Made by a program: the position numbers and the translations under genes. DNA of 64,000 nt from a virus. Below the pieces are notes generated by a model. The model saw only the letters and a program-made list of their open reading frames with translations. It did no database searches and was not told where the DNA came from. Location: IMG/VR virus record IMGVR_UViG_3300029404_000062; one strand, 5' to 3'. This document shows positions 15,862 through 26,600 of the stretch, piece by piece (the stretch's first letter is position 1; each line of letters opens with the position of its first letter).

Positions 15862-18210
15862 TTACTTTCTCCGAATCTGCTTCACATACTGCTTTCTCTG
15901 GCTTCCATTCCGCATCACATGACCATCAAAGTAGCTGGCAGTGTAGCGGTAATCCTCGATGTTGGTATCCATCTCAACTTCCGTTTTGGTGTCATCGAAC
16001 CAGTGGATCGTGTACTTCAGCGGAGAATGGATAGTCATCGAAAGGATAAATGCCTTGCAGTGTTCCTGCGTCATACCGTTCAGAAATTCTATCATTCCTT
16101 CCCGTCCTGCCGGAAGCTGTTTCATCCATTCGAGGGCTTTTTCTCGGCGGTCATAATCCTGTTCCAACTCTTCCCAGTATTCTTCCAGATAGTCAAGCCG
16201 TTCTGTCAGTTTCTGTTCCGATTCTTCGTCTGCTGCTACCGCCTGTTCCAGCTTTTCAATCAGCTGTCTCTTTTCCTCAATGGTGGCTGCATCGATCATC
16301 TCATCACCCAGAAGTTCCAGTCTGGTTTGCATAACATCCACCTGACTCTTCAGCAGACGGATTTTCTTATTCGTGCTCTCGATACTGAGATGGGCCGCCG
16401 AAATCTGCTTTTTATAAAAGGCACGGTCACGTTCCATGAAGTCCAGCTTCTGTATGCTTTCCAGCCGCGACAACATCTGGCTCACAAAGCTGTCCGCTTC
16501 CGGGGTGAAATTTTCATACTGCTCTTTGAACCGTCCACTCATGATGTCTGCAATCTTCACATCATCGTGGATCGGTTTGACCGTCAGCCGGAACCGTTCC
16601 AGAACACCTTTTCGGAATACGCGGATGATCTGTTCCTCATACACCTTTTCTGCATGACAGATCCTCTTTCCATTATTCTGATTGCTGGAAGGGCAGAACC
16701 AAATCGTGTTGCTCCCGCTTGAGTTTCTTACATTATAAAATCGTCCGCATTCTCCACAGATGAGTCTTCCGCTAAAAGCCTTCGGTACATTTAATTTTCC
16801 CAGCCCCCTGCCGTAGTAAGAACTGTTCATTATTCGTATCTCTTGTACTTTTGCAAACAATTCTTCATCGATAATTGCCGGGTGATGGTCTCTGACCAGA
16901 TATTGCGGAACTTCTCCATTATTTATCCGTCTTTCATGGTTTAAGTAGTCCGTAGTATAGCTTTTTTGAATCCGGACTGCCCCTGTGTAACGCTCCGCAC
17001 GAATAATCTGCCCGATCTGCCGTCCAGTCCAGCCATCTTCCAACACACTGTTGAGCTGTCCCTTTTTTGAATTTTTCTTTCGGGCTTCCACTGCCTTTGT
17101 TCGCGGTGGTGGAATTCTATCAAAATTCAAGCTCCTGGCAATCTCTGTATATGCCTTACCTTCCAGAACTTCATGGAAGATTCGCCTGACCACCGCCGCT
17201 TCCTCTTCAACGATTTCAATGTCCTTATACTTATATCCACTTTCAAGGGTAATGACCTTTCCATTGTAGCGGTACCCATAAATGACCGCATTCCTGACTT
17301 CTCCCTTTGGAAAGCGCATCTTATTTCCAAGATTGATATTGCCGGAAATACTCCGACTCTCTTCCTGGGCGATTGCCGCCAGCGTAGTAAGGATAAAATC
17401 ATTCGTCGGGTCAGCGGTGTCCAGATTTTCCTTTTCAAAAAGGATCGTCACGCCACTGTCATGCAGGGCATCCAATGCTTCCATGAAATCTGCCGTGTTC
17501 CGTGCAAAACGGGAAATGGACTTGCACACAATGCGGTCGATTTTTCCCTCTTTGCAGTGCCGGAGCAGTCTGCGGAATCCGGTTCTATTTTCTCTGGATG
17601 TACCGGAGATGCCGTAATCTGAGTACACACCAACTGCATTCCATTCCGGATTGCTTTCAATCAGCTGGTTAAAATAGCGTTCCTGTGTTTCGTAGGAATT
17701 TTCCTGATCACTCGAATCTGTAGAAACGCGGATGTAAGCAGCCACCTTCAGACAGCCATTTTTCTTTTTCGTTGCACGGAACGTAGCCGTGGAGATGAAT
17801 CGGTTGTCCTGTTCCTGTGGTTCTTCATCTGCATGAAAAAGCTGTGAGAACTCACTCTGCATCCCGCTCTGTACTTTTTCTGCGATGTCCGGCTGTGCCA
17901 TGACTTTCCTTGCCGCCAGCGCATTCTGAATCAGTGCGGTAATGCCGGGGTCTACTACTTCTTTTGGTTTTTGTTGAGTAGACCTGTCCTGTTGCGTGTC
18001 AGTCGAGGGTAAAAAGGAAGCCGTGGCAGCTTCCGTACTCTGACGGACTCCTGCCACAGCTTCTTTCGGTTTAAGGGCTGCTGCCAACAGAGCTGAAACA
18101 TCCACGGCAGATGCCGTTTCTCTCTTTTTCTGTTTCTGCTGGACGGTATTTTTGACCGTTGCTTTCTGTAAACTTGCCAGAAAATCAGTTCCTGCACTCA
18201 TAATCTCCAC
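15862..18210 (-). CDS. Large serine recombinase 3 (782 aa) with a ~140-aa N-terminal extension.
   Basis: VAAYIRVSTDSSDQ...KSISRFARN; CGECGRFY zinc-ribbon. Confidence 0.85.
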   Translation of the reverse strand: MEIMSAGTDFLASLQKATVKNTVQQKQKKRETASAVDVSALLAAALKPKEAVAGVRQSTEAATASFLPSTDTQQDRSTQQKPKEVVDPGITALIQNALAARKVMAQPDIAEKVQSGMQSEFSQLFHADEEPQEQDNRFISTATFRATKKKNGCLKVAAYIRVSTDSSDQENSYETQERYFNQLIESNPEWNAVGVYSDYGISGTSRENRTGFRRLLRHCKEGKIDRIVCKSISRFARNTADFMEALDALHDSGVTILFEKENLDTADPTNDFILTTLAAIAQEESRSISGNINLGNKMRFPKGEVRNAVIYGYRYNGKVITLESGYKYKDIEIVEEEAAVVRRIFHEVLEGKAYTEIARSLNFDRIPPPRTKAVEARKKNSKKGQLNSVLEDGWTGRQIGQIIRAERYTGAVRIQKSYTTDYLNHERRINNGEVPQYLVRDHHPAIIDEELFAKVQEIRIMNSSYYGRGLGKLNVPKAFSGRLICGECGRFYNVRNSSGSNTIWFCPSSNQNNGKRICHAEKVYEEQIIRVFRKGVLERFRLTVKPIHDDVKIADIMSGRFKEQYENFTPEADSFVSQMLSRLESIQKLDFMERDRAFYKKQISAAHLSIESTNKKIRLLKSQVDVMQTRLELLGDEMIDAATIEEKRQLIEKLEQAVAADEESEQKLTERLDYLEEYWEELEQDYDRREKALEWMKQLPAGREGMIEFLNGMTQEHCKAFILSMTIHSPLKYTIHWFDDTKTEVEMDTNIEDYRYTASYFDGHVMRNGSQRKQYVKQIRRK

Positions 18211-18367
18211 TCCTTTCTGCCCGTTTCTTCCTTTGGGCAGTCACATATTCCCTCTGTTTCGTGATATTATCAAGTTTTATCGGCGCAGAAAGACGGAGAA
18301 ATACCGCTCCGATTATTGTTCTATCTGCACGATATGTACCCCACCCTTGGCGGGTGGGGAGGTCTTA

Positions 18368-19834
18368 TCAGATCCGGGCAGCATAGTCCAGACTGATCCA
18401 GCCTGCGCCGGATTTCAGCTTACCCCAGCCCTTGACCGAGCCAGTTCCAGCAGATTCTGCGACAATGGTGAACACGCCCTTTCCGGTGTAATAACCGGTC
18501 TTACCGTAATTCGTGCCCGGTCCCTTGCGGATGTTGAGGTCGTTAATGGATACACGGACTGCATACGGCACAGATGCCGCCGGGGTAGTCGGATAGACCG
18601 CCTTGCCGTCCGGGTCAAAGACCGTATAGCCGGGATTTGCATCTGCACATTCTTTGGCATAGACCAGCTCATGGAATGCGCCTTTCTGGGAAGCCGCGTT
18701 CTGCCAGCTCTTACGCACACGATACCAGCCGGAAATCGCGGTGCTGTCAGACGCTTTTGCCAGATCATACTTCGTAAGGTTCCAACGCTCGATGATACTG
18801 CAAAGGTTCTGAACATAGGTGTGGCTGGTCGCATAGCCACCGTCCTTGATCAGCTGCACTGCTTTCTTGTAGTCCGTGCAGCCTGCCAGACCCTCATAGC
18901 GTTTCTTGCTGCCGTTCATTGCCCCCAGCAGATACGCTGCATGGTCGGCAATAGAATCTTCCACACAGTCATATTTGCGAAAATTAGCTGTGATTGTGAC
19001 CATCGAACCGTCCGGGTTCTGTTCCTGCGTTTTCTTCGTGTAGACAGACGTTCCATCCCATGCAGAATTCGGCCAGGTATTACCGGAGAGGTCAGCCTTC
19101 ATGCCAAAGCAGTTATTGGCATTCTGCGCCAACTCGCTCGTGCCATAGCCGGACTCCAGAATGAACTGTGCCATCGACACACAGGCGAGGATGCCGGACT
19201 GTTTCTGGTTCTCCGTGAATAGCGGCCCGATCTTTGTGACTGCTTCTGCCTCAGATAGATTTTTCAGCGAAGATGCCTGCAAGCCGGAAGAACCGCCCAG
19301 TGCCGCCGTCGCCTTTGCCGCCAGATCACCCAGACGGGCATACAGCCAGTCGCCGGGGCAGCTTTTGTTGGCAAACCAGCGATGCACAGTCAGCACCATC
19401 TCGTCTGCTGCCGGAGCATAGTTGAGTGTCTTATTCTTATCCCCCAGCCACAACAGCTTTTTCTTGCCGTTGCGCTGACAAATATCGGTGCAGAGCTTAA
19501 TTAGGGAACCGTACACCGAACTGTTCATGGCATACGGTGCAGTCAGGTCACTGGCGCACTCGATAGTGATAGCTCTCTGGTCATTCGCATTGCTGGAAGA
19601 GCACCAGCTGCGGTTCTTCTCTTCCACGCACAACGAAACCCTGCCGTCCTTGCCGATGCCGTAGTTGCAGCTTGCCTGACGGCTCGTGCTGGTAAAGCAG
19701 CCGCAGATGCTTTCCGCAGAAAGCTGACCCACAACACAATGCGGTGTGATACGGTCGATGCTGTGTGTCCTCTGCCCGGAGTGGTTCGGGGAGAGATTGG
19801 TGTAAACAACAAGTGGACTATTGGTATATCCCAT
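18368..19834 (-). CDS. Modular endolysin: N-acetylmuramoyl-L-alanine amidase (Amidase_2/PGRP) + glucosaminidase domain + C-terminal SH3b-like repeats.
   Basis: Amidase_2-like NHSGQRTHSIDRITPHCVVGQ; glucosaminidase-like FILESGYGTSELAQNANNCFGMK; C-terminal GWYRVRKSWQNAASQKGAF / VRVSINDLNIRKGPGTNYG repeats. Confidence 0.8.
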   Translation of the reverse strand: MGYTNSPLVVYTNLSPNHSGQRTHSIDRITPHCVVGQLSAESICGCFTSTSRQASCNYGIGKDGRVSLCVEEKNRSWCSSSNANDQRAITIECASDLTAPYAMNSSVYGSLIKLCTDICQRNGKKKLLWLGDKNKTLNYAPAADEMVLTVHRWFANKSCPGDWLYARLGDLAAKATAALGGSSGLQASSLKNLSEAEAVTKIGPLFTENQKQSGILACVSMAQFILESGYGTSELAQNANNCFGMKADLSGNTWPNSAWDGTSVYTKKTQEQNPDGSMVTITANFRKYDCVEDSIADHAAYLLGAMNGSKKRYEGLAGCTDYKKAVQLIKDGGYATSHTYVQNLCSIIERWNLTKYDLAKASDSTAISGWYRVRKSWQNAASQKGAFHELVYAKECADANPGYTVFDPDGKAVYPTTPAASVPYAVRVSINDLNIRKGPGTNYGKTGYYTGKGVFTIVAESAGTGSVKGWGKLKSGAGWISLDYAARI

Positions 19835-19898
19835 AATGATTACCTCCTGAAAAAGATAGAAGCCCGGATTTCTCCGAGCCTCTGCGCAATGTGTATTT

Positions 19899-20609
19899 TT
19901 AAGGAATCAGCAGCTTCATGCCGACCCGGATGGCATTGGAGGTCAGACCGTTCAGCGAACGAATCTCTCCGTAGCGAGTACCATCTCCCAGCTCCTTCTC
20001 TGCGATCTTCCAAAGATTGTCGCCGGGATGCACCTCATAGATCTTGCTGGCAGTAAACGCATAGGTATCGGCACTGTTGAGGACATACGCCAAACCATTC
20101 TCTGCCTCCGGGCATTTGATCTTCAGCCAGCCATCACAGAATTCCGCGATTTCCACAATGGTGTTTTTCTTGTAGACCGTTACGACCTCGGATTCAAGAT
20201 CCGGACTGGTGCGGATATTCATGAGCGTCTTGAGCTTACCGTAGGCAATAGTCGCCGGAAGTTCCTCTGCAGTCGGGAACTCGACCTCATCCACAGGCTC
20301 TTCTTTCTTATCCGCTGGCTGCTCTCCCGCCTCCGATTCTTCCACAGGACTTTCCGGTTCCTTCTCCTCCGGCTTATCCAGTACCTCTCGCTCCTCGTTA
20401 TCCTCTGCTCCCGTAACAGGCACGGCTTCCTCCGGGTAGATGACATTACCGTCATTGTCAAAAACACGGCTGCCCGGATTCTCATCACACTTTGCTTTCG
20501 CGTTTGCCAGCAGCCGGTATGCGCCAAGCTGGGAGGATTCATCTTCCCAATCCACCCGCACACGGTAATAGCCGGTCGTCAGCTTTGCAGGGTATTCTTT
20601 CTTACTCAT
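19899..20609 (-). CDS. Cell-wall-binding protein: N-terminal SH3b-like repeat, acidic linker, C-terminal LysM domain.
   Basis: YYRVRVDWEDESSQLGAY (same repeat type as the lysin) and C-terminal YEVHPGDNLWKIAEKELGDGTRYGEIRSLNGL...GMKLLIP (LysM). Confidence 0.6.
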   Translation of the reverse strand: MSKKEYPAKLTTGYYRVRVDWEDESSQLGAYRLLANAKAKCDENPGSRVFDNDGNVIYPEEAVPVTGAEDNEEREVLDKPEEKEPESPVEESEAGEQPADKKEEPVDEVEFPTAEELPATIAYGKLKTLMNIRTSPDLESEVVTVYKKNTIVEIAEFCDGWLKIKCPEAENGLAYVLNSADTYAFTASKIYEVHPGDNLWKIAEKELGDGTRYGEIRSLNGLTSNAIRVGMKLLIP

Positions 20610-20661
20610 CTTGTTCTCCTCCTAAAAATAAGGGAGAGGCTGTCACACCTCTCCCAGTTCA

Positions 20662-21090
20662 TCACTGTTCCTCGTTCTCGTGCTTCTTCTGGCTTTTTTC
20701 CTCCTTGAGCTGCGCCAGCATCTCCTTCAGCTTGTCCGGCACCGGAAGACCGATCACCGCCGCATTCTCAAGACAGCTCAGACCTTCATTTGCCAGATAG
20801 AAGAACACCACAGCCGTGCGGATGGCAGAGCCATTCTGAAGCACCTGTGTATCGATGATGTTGGCAATCCCGACCAGCACGAAGATACACACCTTCTTGG
20901 CAATGCCACGGAAGCCGACCTCAGAAGACAGCTCATGCTTGATGGCTGCTGCCAGCACCCCGGTGAAGTAGTCACAGACCACGAACACCACCAAAGCGTA
21001 AAGGAAGCCATCAAAGCCACCGAAGAACCAGCCCAGAAATCCGCCCAATCCTGCGAACATCCATTCAATCTTGTCGATCACATTCTGCAT
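20662..21090 (-). CDS. Holin (TcdE/phage_holin_4-like, multi-TM).
   Basis: Hydrophobic segments GLGGFLGWFFGGFDGFLYALVVFVVCDYFTGVLAAAI and IFVLVGIANII; charged C-terminal tail; located upstream of the lysin. Confidence 0.7.
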   Translation of the reverse strand: MQNVIDKIEWMFAGLGGFLGWFFGGFDGFLYALVVFVVCDYFTGVLAAAIKHELSSEVGFRGIAKKVCIFVLVGIANIIDTQVLQNGSAIRTAVVFFYLANEGLSCLENAAVIGLPVPDKLKEMLAQLKEEKSQKKHENEEQ

Positions 21091-21223
21091 ACGCTTGTCC
21101 TTTCCTGCCCAGTTGGGCATAAAAAATAGACGGCATCTGCCGCCTTGTGTAAAAAAACTCCTTCTATAATGAACACCGTTTAACAGACATTTTAGAAGTA
21201 TGTCTGTCCTTGACGGTGGAAAT

Positions 21224-23506
21224 TTAATAAAATTTGTTATCTAATCCGATAAATTCAACCTCCCGGAACTCGGTCGGGTTCTTCTTGATAATCCAATCGA
21301 TATAGGTGGCGATAATCATGGCACAGACGAAATAGCCAACTGCATTGAAATGTCCTCCTCGCTTCTGCTGATAAAGAAAACCGGAAGAATACAATGTCGT
21401 GCCGTAAGTGAAAAGGTCAACCAGATACACATTCTGGAACATCCCTGCAATCTCACGAACTGCAGCATTATACCCGGCAGTTTCCACAGCTTTTAACGGA
21501 TCGGTCAGCACAAAGATTTTTGCTTTCGGCTGAAGTTGCTGAATTTTCTGGATGATCCTTCCGTAATTCCCATAGTAGGTATCCGGATTCTGTGTATAAT
21601 CATTCATGTCGATATCCGCAGCCGTGCCAATGGTGTACTTCTTATTGTTTTCGTTCTGCCCCAGTCCGATGACATAAGCCTCGCACTTATGCTCTCCGTC
21701 AAAGCACTCAACTGCCATAGAGCTGGAAAGGAACGTATCACACCGGAGTCCACCTCTTGACCAGTTGTAATAGGTATTGCCAGTCATTCTGGCAAGATAC
21801 TGTCCCCAGGAATACTCAAACAGATCTTTTCCACTGGTAGAACCATCTGCTTTCTTATACACAGCTTCTCCGCTGGCAAGACTATCTCCGATGCAGCCCA
21901 CATGTCGGAAAATCGCCATCAAACCGGCATCATTGCGAATGCGCTCCAACGGAGTATCCGAAAGATTAAATCCCAGCAGATCATTCACTTCGGCTGTCAA
22001 CCGCTTCTGGATGCTTACTTCCAATTTTCCCTTCGTGACCGCGCCATCGGCAATTTTAGGAGTTGTGATTGCCCCATCCTGCACCTTCCCGGTAGAAACA
22101 ACTGTATCCTGAAACCAGATCTTTGCAAAATCCTTCAGGTTTTCCTTGTACATAGTCAGCCGGATATATTCCGTTCCCTTCGGGCAAACAAATTCTGTAT
22201 AGCACAAAACCCCACCCTTCTCCTGAGCATATTTCAGACCAGAAAGATATTTCTTATCTGCATCATAGAATGCCAGACCAGAAACATCATTGGGTGCTGT
22301 ACTCATGCTGGCGCGTAAAAGGCATCGGCTACCGCCATACGGAAATGGAAGATAATCTTCAGTCGCAAAATAAGTGTTGGTTCCAGGCGTATATGTCCGG
22401 AGGCTTCCATTTGACCGAGAAATATACAAATCGGGGGTCAGAACAATATCCAGGGGGATTTCCAGAAATGCCGCATTTTTTGCAAGCACCGCACCATCAC
22501 TCAGCTTTTCCGGTGTTATGGATTCATCTGCCAGATTGTCCGTCTTAACACATTTCTGTGCCAATTTCTCATGCGTGACCGCCTGATCTACGATCTGACC
22601 AACAGAAACACTGCAATCATCCAGCCACAGACCCACACCATCGAGGTTTTCCTGCCCCATGCAGGTCATCCGCATATACGCTGTCCCTTCCGGACAAAAA
22701 ATGCGCCGCAATGCCAGTTTGTTCGTTTCCCGGTTGTAGTCACTTCCAGCGATAAACTTCTTATCTGCATCATAAAAAGCAATCCCAGATTTATCGCTTT
22801 CCACTTTTGACATGGCAGAGCAAACCTGAATCCAACAACCCCCATACGGAAATGAAATATATTCTACCGTAGCGAAATACACGTTTGGTGTCTGTGAAAA
22901 AGTCTCCACTCCGCCATATTTTCTCGGAATATATTTATCTGCCGTCCAGTTGAGCTCCGGCGTGATATTCAGAAAAGACAAGCGGCTTCCGTTCAATGCA
23001 TCTTTCAAGATACCTTTACCAGATCCGATTGCCCGAACATGAGATCCCATTGATTTATAGGTCTGCCCTTCTTCATCCACCCGTGCGTCCACAACCTCTG
23101 CGGCATAGTCCTTATCCTTATCGGTCGAAGCCGACACATTGGCATCCAGCCGCTTATCCATCGTATCCATGCGGCTGTTCAGCTCTGCCTTATTGCTGTT
23201 GGTAAGGCTTTCTGCCGATGCCACACGGGTGTTAATATTGGATTCAGCCTTGTCAACATATTCCGTAAGATGAGCTTCGGTCTCTTTCATCTCCCGGATC
23301 GCTTCTGCAATCTGGGCACTGTAAAGGCTGTACTGCATCCAGTAAGATTGATCCGAAATGGCAGTTCCGGTCGGCACAGGCTTCCTGCTGATATAGCTCT
23401 CTCCGGACGATTTATCGAGTACAATGCTGAGTTCTTCGTATTCCTTGCTAATATCCCACACACCATCGTGTTTGGGAACGATTCTTCTTCCAATAAATTT
23501 AGACAT
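21224..23506 (-). CDS. Tail fibre/receptor-binding protein 1 with C-terminal SGNH/GDSL hydrolase domain.
   Basis: N-terminus MSKFIGRRIVPKHDGVWD... is shared with the next gene. GDSL block HVGCIGDSLASGE near residue 525. Confidence 0.7.
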   Translation of the reverse strand: MSKFIGRRIVPKHDGVWDISKEYEELSIVLDKSSGESYISRKPVPTGTAISDQSYWMQYSLYSAQIAEAIREMKETEAHLTEYVDKAESNINTRVASAESLTNSNKAELNSRMDTMDKRLDANVSASTDKDKDYAAEVVDARVDEEGQTYKSMGSHVRAIGSGKGILKDALNGSRLSFLNITPELNWTADKYIPRKYGGVETFSQTPNVYFATVEYISFPYGGCWIQVCSAMSKVESDKSGIAFYDADKKFIAGSDYNRETNKLALRRIFCPEGTAYMRMTCMGQENLDGVGLWLDDCSVSVGQIVDQAVTHEKLAQKCVKTDNLADESITPEKLSDGAVLAKNAAFLEIPLDIVLTPDLYISRSNGSLRTYTPGTNTYFATEDYLPFPYGGSRCLLRASMSTAPNDVSGLAFYDADKKYLSGLKYAQEKGGVLCYTEFVCPKGTEYIRLTMYKENLKDFAKIWFQDTVVSTGKVQDGAITTPKIADGAVTKGKLEVSIQKRLTAEVNDLLGFNLSDTPLERIRNDAGLMAIFRHVGCIGDSLASGEAVYKKADGSTSGKDLFEYSWGQYLARMTGNTYYNWSRGGLRCDTFLSSSMAVECFDGEHKCEAYVIGLGQNENNKKYTIGTAADIDMNDYTQNPDTYYGNYGRIIQKIQQLQPKAKIFVLTDPLKAVETAGYNAAVREIAGMFQNVYLVDLFTYGTTLYSSGFLYQQKRGGHFNAVGYFVCAMIIATYIDWIIKKNPTEFREVEFIGLDNKFY

Positions 23507-23669
23507 AACAGTCTCCCTTCTACCGGTCTGCTCCGGCCATCATGATTTTCACTGCATCCGGCAGACTGGGAGGTCCTGTCTTTGAGAGGTCAAGAGCTAC
23601 ATAGTACCCCCCCCCCGAATTTTCTGACGATTCATCATATTCTTTTTCCTTTCCCGGCAAAATGCCGCA

Positions 23670-26600
23670 TTATTTGCTGTCCTCCGTCAGCCACGCACGG
23701 ATCTGGCAATAGTAGCCGTCTGCCCATGCCTGATATCCTCGTGCCGAGGGATGGATGCTGTTGGTTAGTGTCCGGCTGGTTTCCGTGAACCGGTTCGTCA
23801 CCGGTTTATCACTGTACGGAAATGCCAGACGGCGGTCAGTGCGCAGGCCGTGGGCAAAGCAGGTCACATTCTTGTGGTACTTGCCAGCATCAAATGCCTT
23901 GATCAGTGCAAGGTTCAGCGTGTTGATGCTCATATGGAAGATACCCATGCTGGAACCGCACTGATAAGAATAATCCGAGCCGGGGCCACAAAGACCGATA
24001 CCGATCTTGCAGTTCGGGAAGCCCGTTTCCTTATCCAGCAGCGCATCGATAAACTGCTTCGCCTGATCCACGAACTTCTGCACCTCTGCTTCCGTGCGGT
24101 ACAGTGTAGTGCCCTGTGACACATCATTGGTGCCAAGTGCAATCAGGAAGTAATCGATGCCCTCATAGCCGTTGGTCTCGCAGTATTTCTGGAAATCCAG
24201 ACGGCCTTTGATCTTGTCCCAGAACGCATTCGTTTTGCCGGCGTAATCCGTATCTGCCAGATACCGGGCAAAGGTCCAGCTGCCGCGTCCTTCGTGCTTG
24301 CCACCAGACGGTCCTCTCGTTCCCAGCGGGTGGATCACGCAGTCATTATCCTCTGCCAGCAGACGGTACACTTCCGTTGCCACAGAACCATTGTCCACGA
24401 GAGAGTCTCCACAGATGCAGATATTCTTCGTGAGCTTGTCCTTCAGCTTATGGTGGACCCTGACCTGGACAGGTTTGGACGATACCGTATGGCAGTCATC
24501 TTCATCCAGACGGCGGACGGTCAGTGCAAAATCCGTACTGTCCTTCGTCGGCGTGTAGTTCATGCAGTACTCGTTCCGGGTCAGGCTCGGTGCATTCGTG
24601 CCTCTGGCGAGCACATACAGATTTTCCTTGCCATCGTGGCGGGAAAGACAGTCAAAGAAGATGGAAAGCTGGCGTCCCTCCATGCAGTCCCAGTGGGACG
24701 GGGTCACGATGTCATCCTCTACAGCCGGAGTAATGGCTTTCTGCACATAATCCGTGATACGCTTCGGGATGAAAGATGCCGCGTTATCCGCGAAGAGATC
24801 ACCCGCTTTGTATTCCTTACCGCCCACAATGAACTTCACATCCGGGTGAATGTGCGGATTATACAGCTTGCTCTGATACCAGGATGCAATATAGAAACCA
24901 TTCGTACCCAGCTTTCGGAACAGGCTGGTGTCGTACAGATTGATGGTTTTCGTACCGGCATCATAAGCGAGGATGCGCATCGGCATACCAAATGTCGAGC
25001 TAGGTGTGTTAAATGCCATCTCTACCGGATCGCCTGCCATGATCCACTCATAGTGGAACGTATCTGGAACACCCAGACACTTGGTACTGACCTGGATCGT
25101 ACCGCCATCCTGGTCAATGGTAATACCGCCGCTTGCCAGATACATATGGCGGGAATCCTTACCGGCAAGATCCGTGCGGAGCTGCTGGAAGCGGTCCTCA
25201 TACTTCTTTTCGATATAGGAATCACGCCGTTCTTCATCGAAAAGCTCACCAGCCTTATAAGTCGTGCCATCCAGCACAATGCTGAAAGAGGAACCCATGT
25301 GCGGATACCAGAAATGGTTTTCATACCATGCAGCGATATAGTAGCCGTTTACTCCCAATGCCCGGAACTGTGCAGTGTTGTAAAGATTGATCTGATCTAT
25401 GGACGAGTCATAGGCAAGGATCAGCATGTGATGCTTTTCTGCTTCCGTACTATCCAACATCGGTACCGGCTCCTCACTAGCACTGATCCAGTAGTAAGCA
25501 CCGTTATCGACAACCGCCAGGATACGTTTCGTGACCTGAATGGTGCGGTTGACCCTATCGATCGCAAACTGGCCTGTAGCGAGGAACATCTTTGCTGAAC
25601 GGTACTTGTGCCAGGTCATCGCAGTATTCGCAATCTTGGCTGGATTGCCATAATCGATCCCGTTGATGACTGTACCGCTGCTTGAAGGAGCTGCGTACAC
25701 CACATTCCAGTCAAAAAAGACCGCAAACACAAAGCGGCCCTTTGTGAATAGATCGCCCCAGCTATCGCCGCTTGTATTTTCCACCTTAATGACAGGGACT
25801 TCTGTCTTTTCTCCCGTCTCGTTTGCGGATGCTTCCGCACCATCATAATAGATCGCCCACCATTTTCCCACTACTGCAAAGTCAAACGAGGTACTGTTTT
25901 CCGCCACCAGTTTCGTCTGCTCGTACTGTGTACCATTTGTACGGCGGCAGACATATACACTCTTTCCCTCCGGGAATGTGACCGTCACTTTGCTGCCCGT
26001 GAACCTGATATCCACGCTGCCGTTCATCCACTGCCAGCCTGTTGCGTAATTTGACAGCAATCTCATCGGGAGCATGTTGTCATAGAGGTACACCGAGAGC
26101 TTCGAGAACAGCTTTTCATTGGTGGTGACAGAGATGAAACGGGTATTCGGAAGCAGTGTGATCACATAGTTGTCATAGACCTTGCCGCTCTCTGCCCGGA
26201 AACAGCCACCGAGGAACTTACGGTCCATGTCATAGCAGACCACGTTGTTATAGTCATCCCGGCCGCTCATATAGCCGAACTGACCGTCCACCAGAATCGC
26301 ATCACCGCTGACCGGGACCATGTGCGCCACGCGCCAGCTTTCCGAAGCTACAAGGTTGCCGTTCTGGTTTGCGTAACCATTTTTGATCACCCAGTTCTTC
26401 ATGATATTCTGCATGGAACGCACCCTGCCGACTGCACGGATATTGTCACCGGCTGTGGGATAAGTCTTTCCCTCATCATCCACACGGGCATCTACCAGCT
26501 CCTGCGCATAGTTGGCATTTTTGTCCGTAGATGCCTTGACGTTGGCATTGATCTGGGCTTTCAGTGTTTCTGCAGTCTTATCCATCTCGGACTTACTGGC

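Noticed and set aside
18339-18359. CCCCACCC-TTGGC-GGGTGGGG hairpin between the lysin and recombinase 3, considered as attP
   Set aside because: If this were the integrated crossover site, the lysin and recombinase would lie at opposite prophage ends. They are adjacent, so it is more likely a simple transcription terminator after the lysin.
18152-19222. 356-aa plus-strand ORF opposite the endolysin
   Set aside because: Antisense to a lysin with amidase, glucosaminidase and SH3b motifs.
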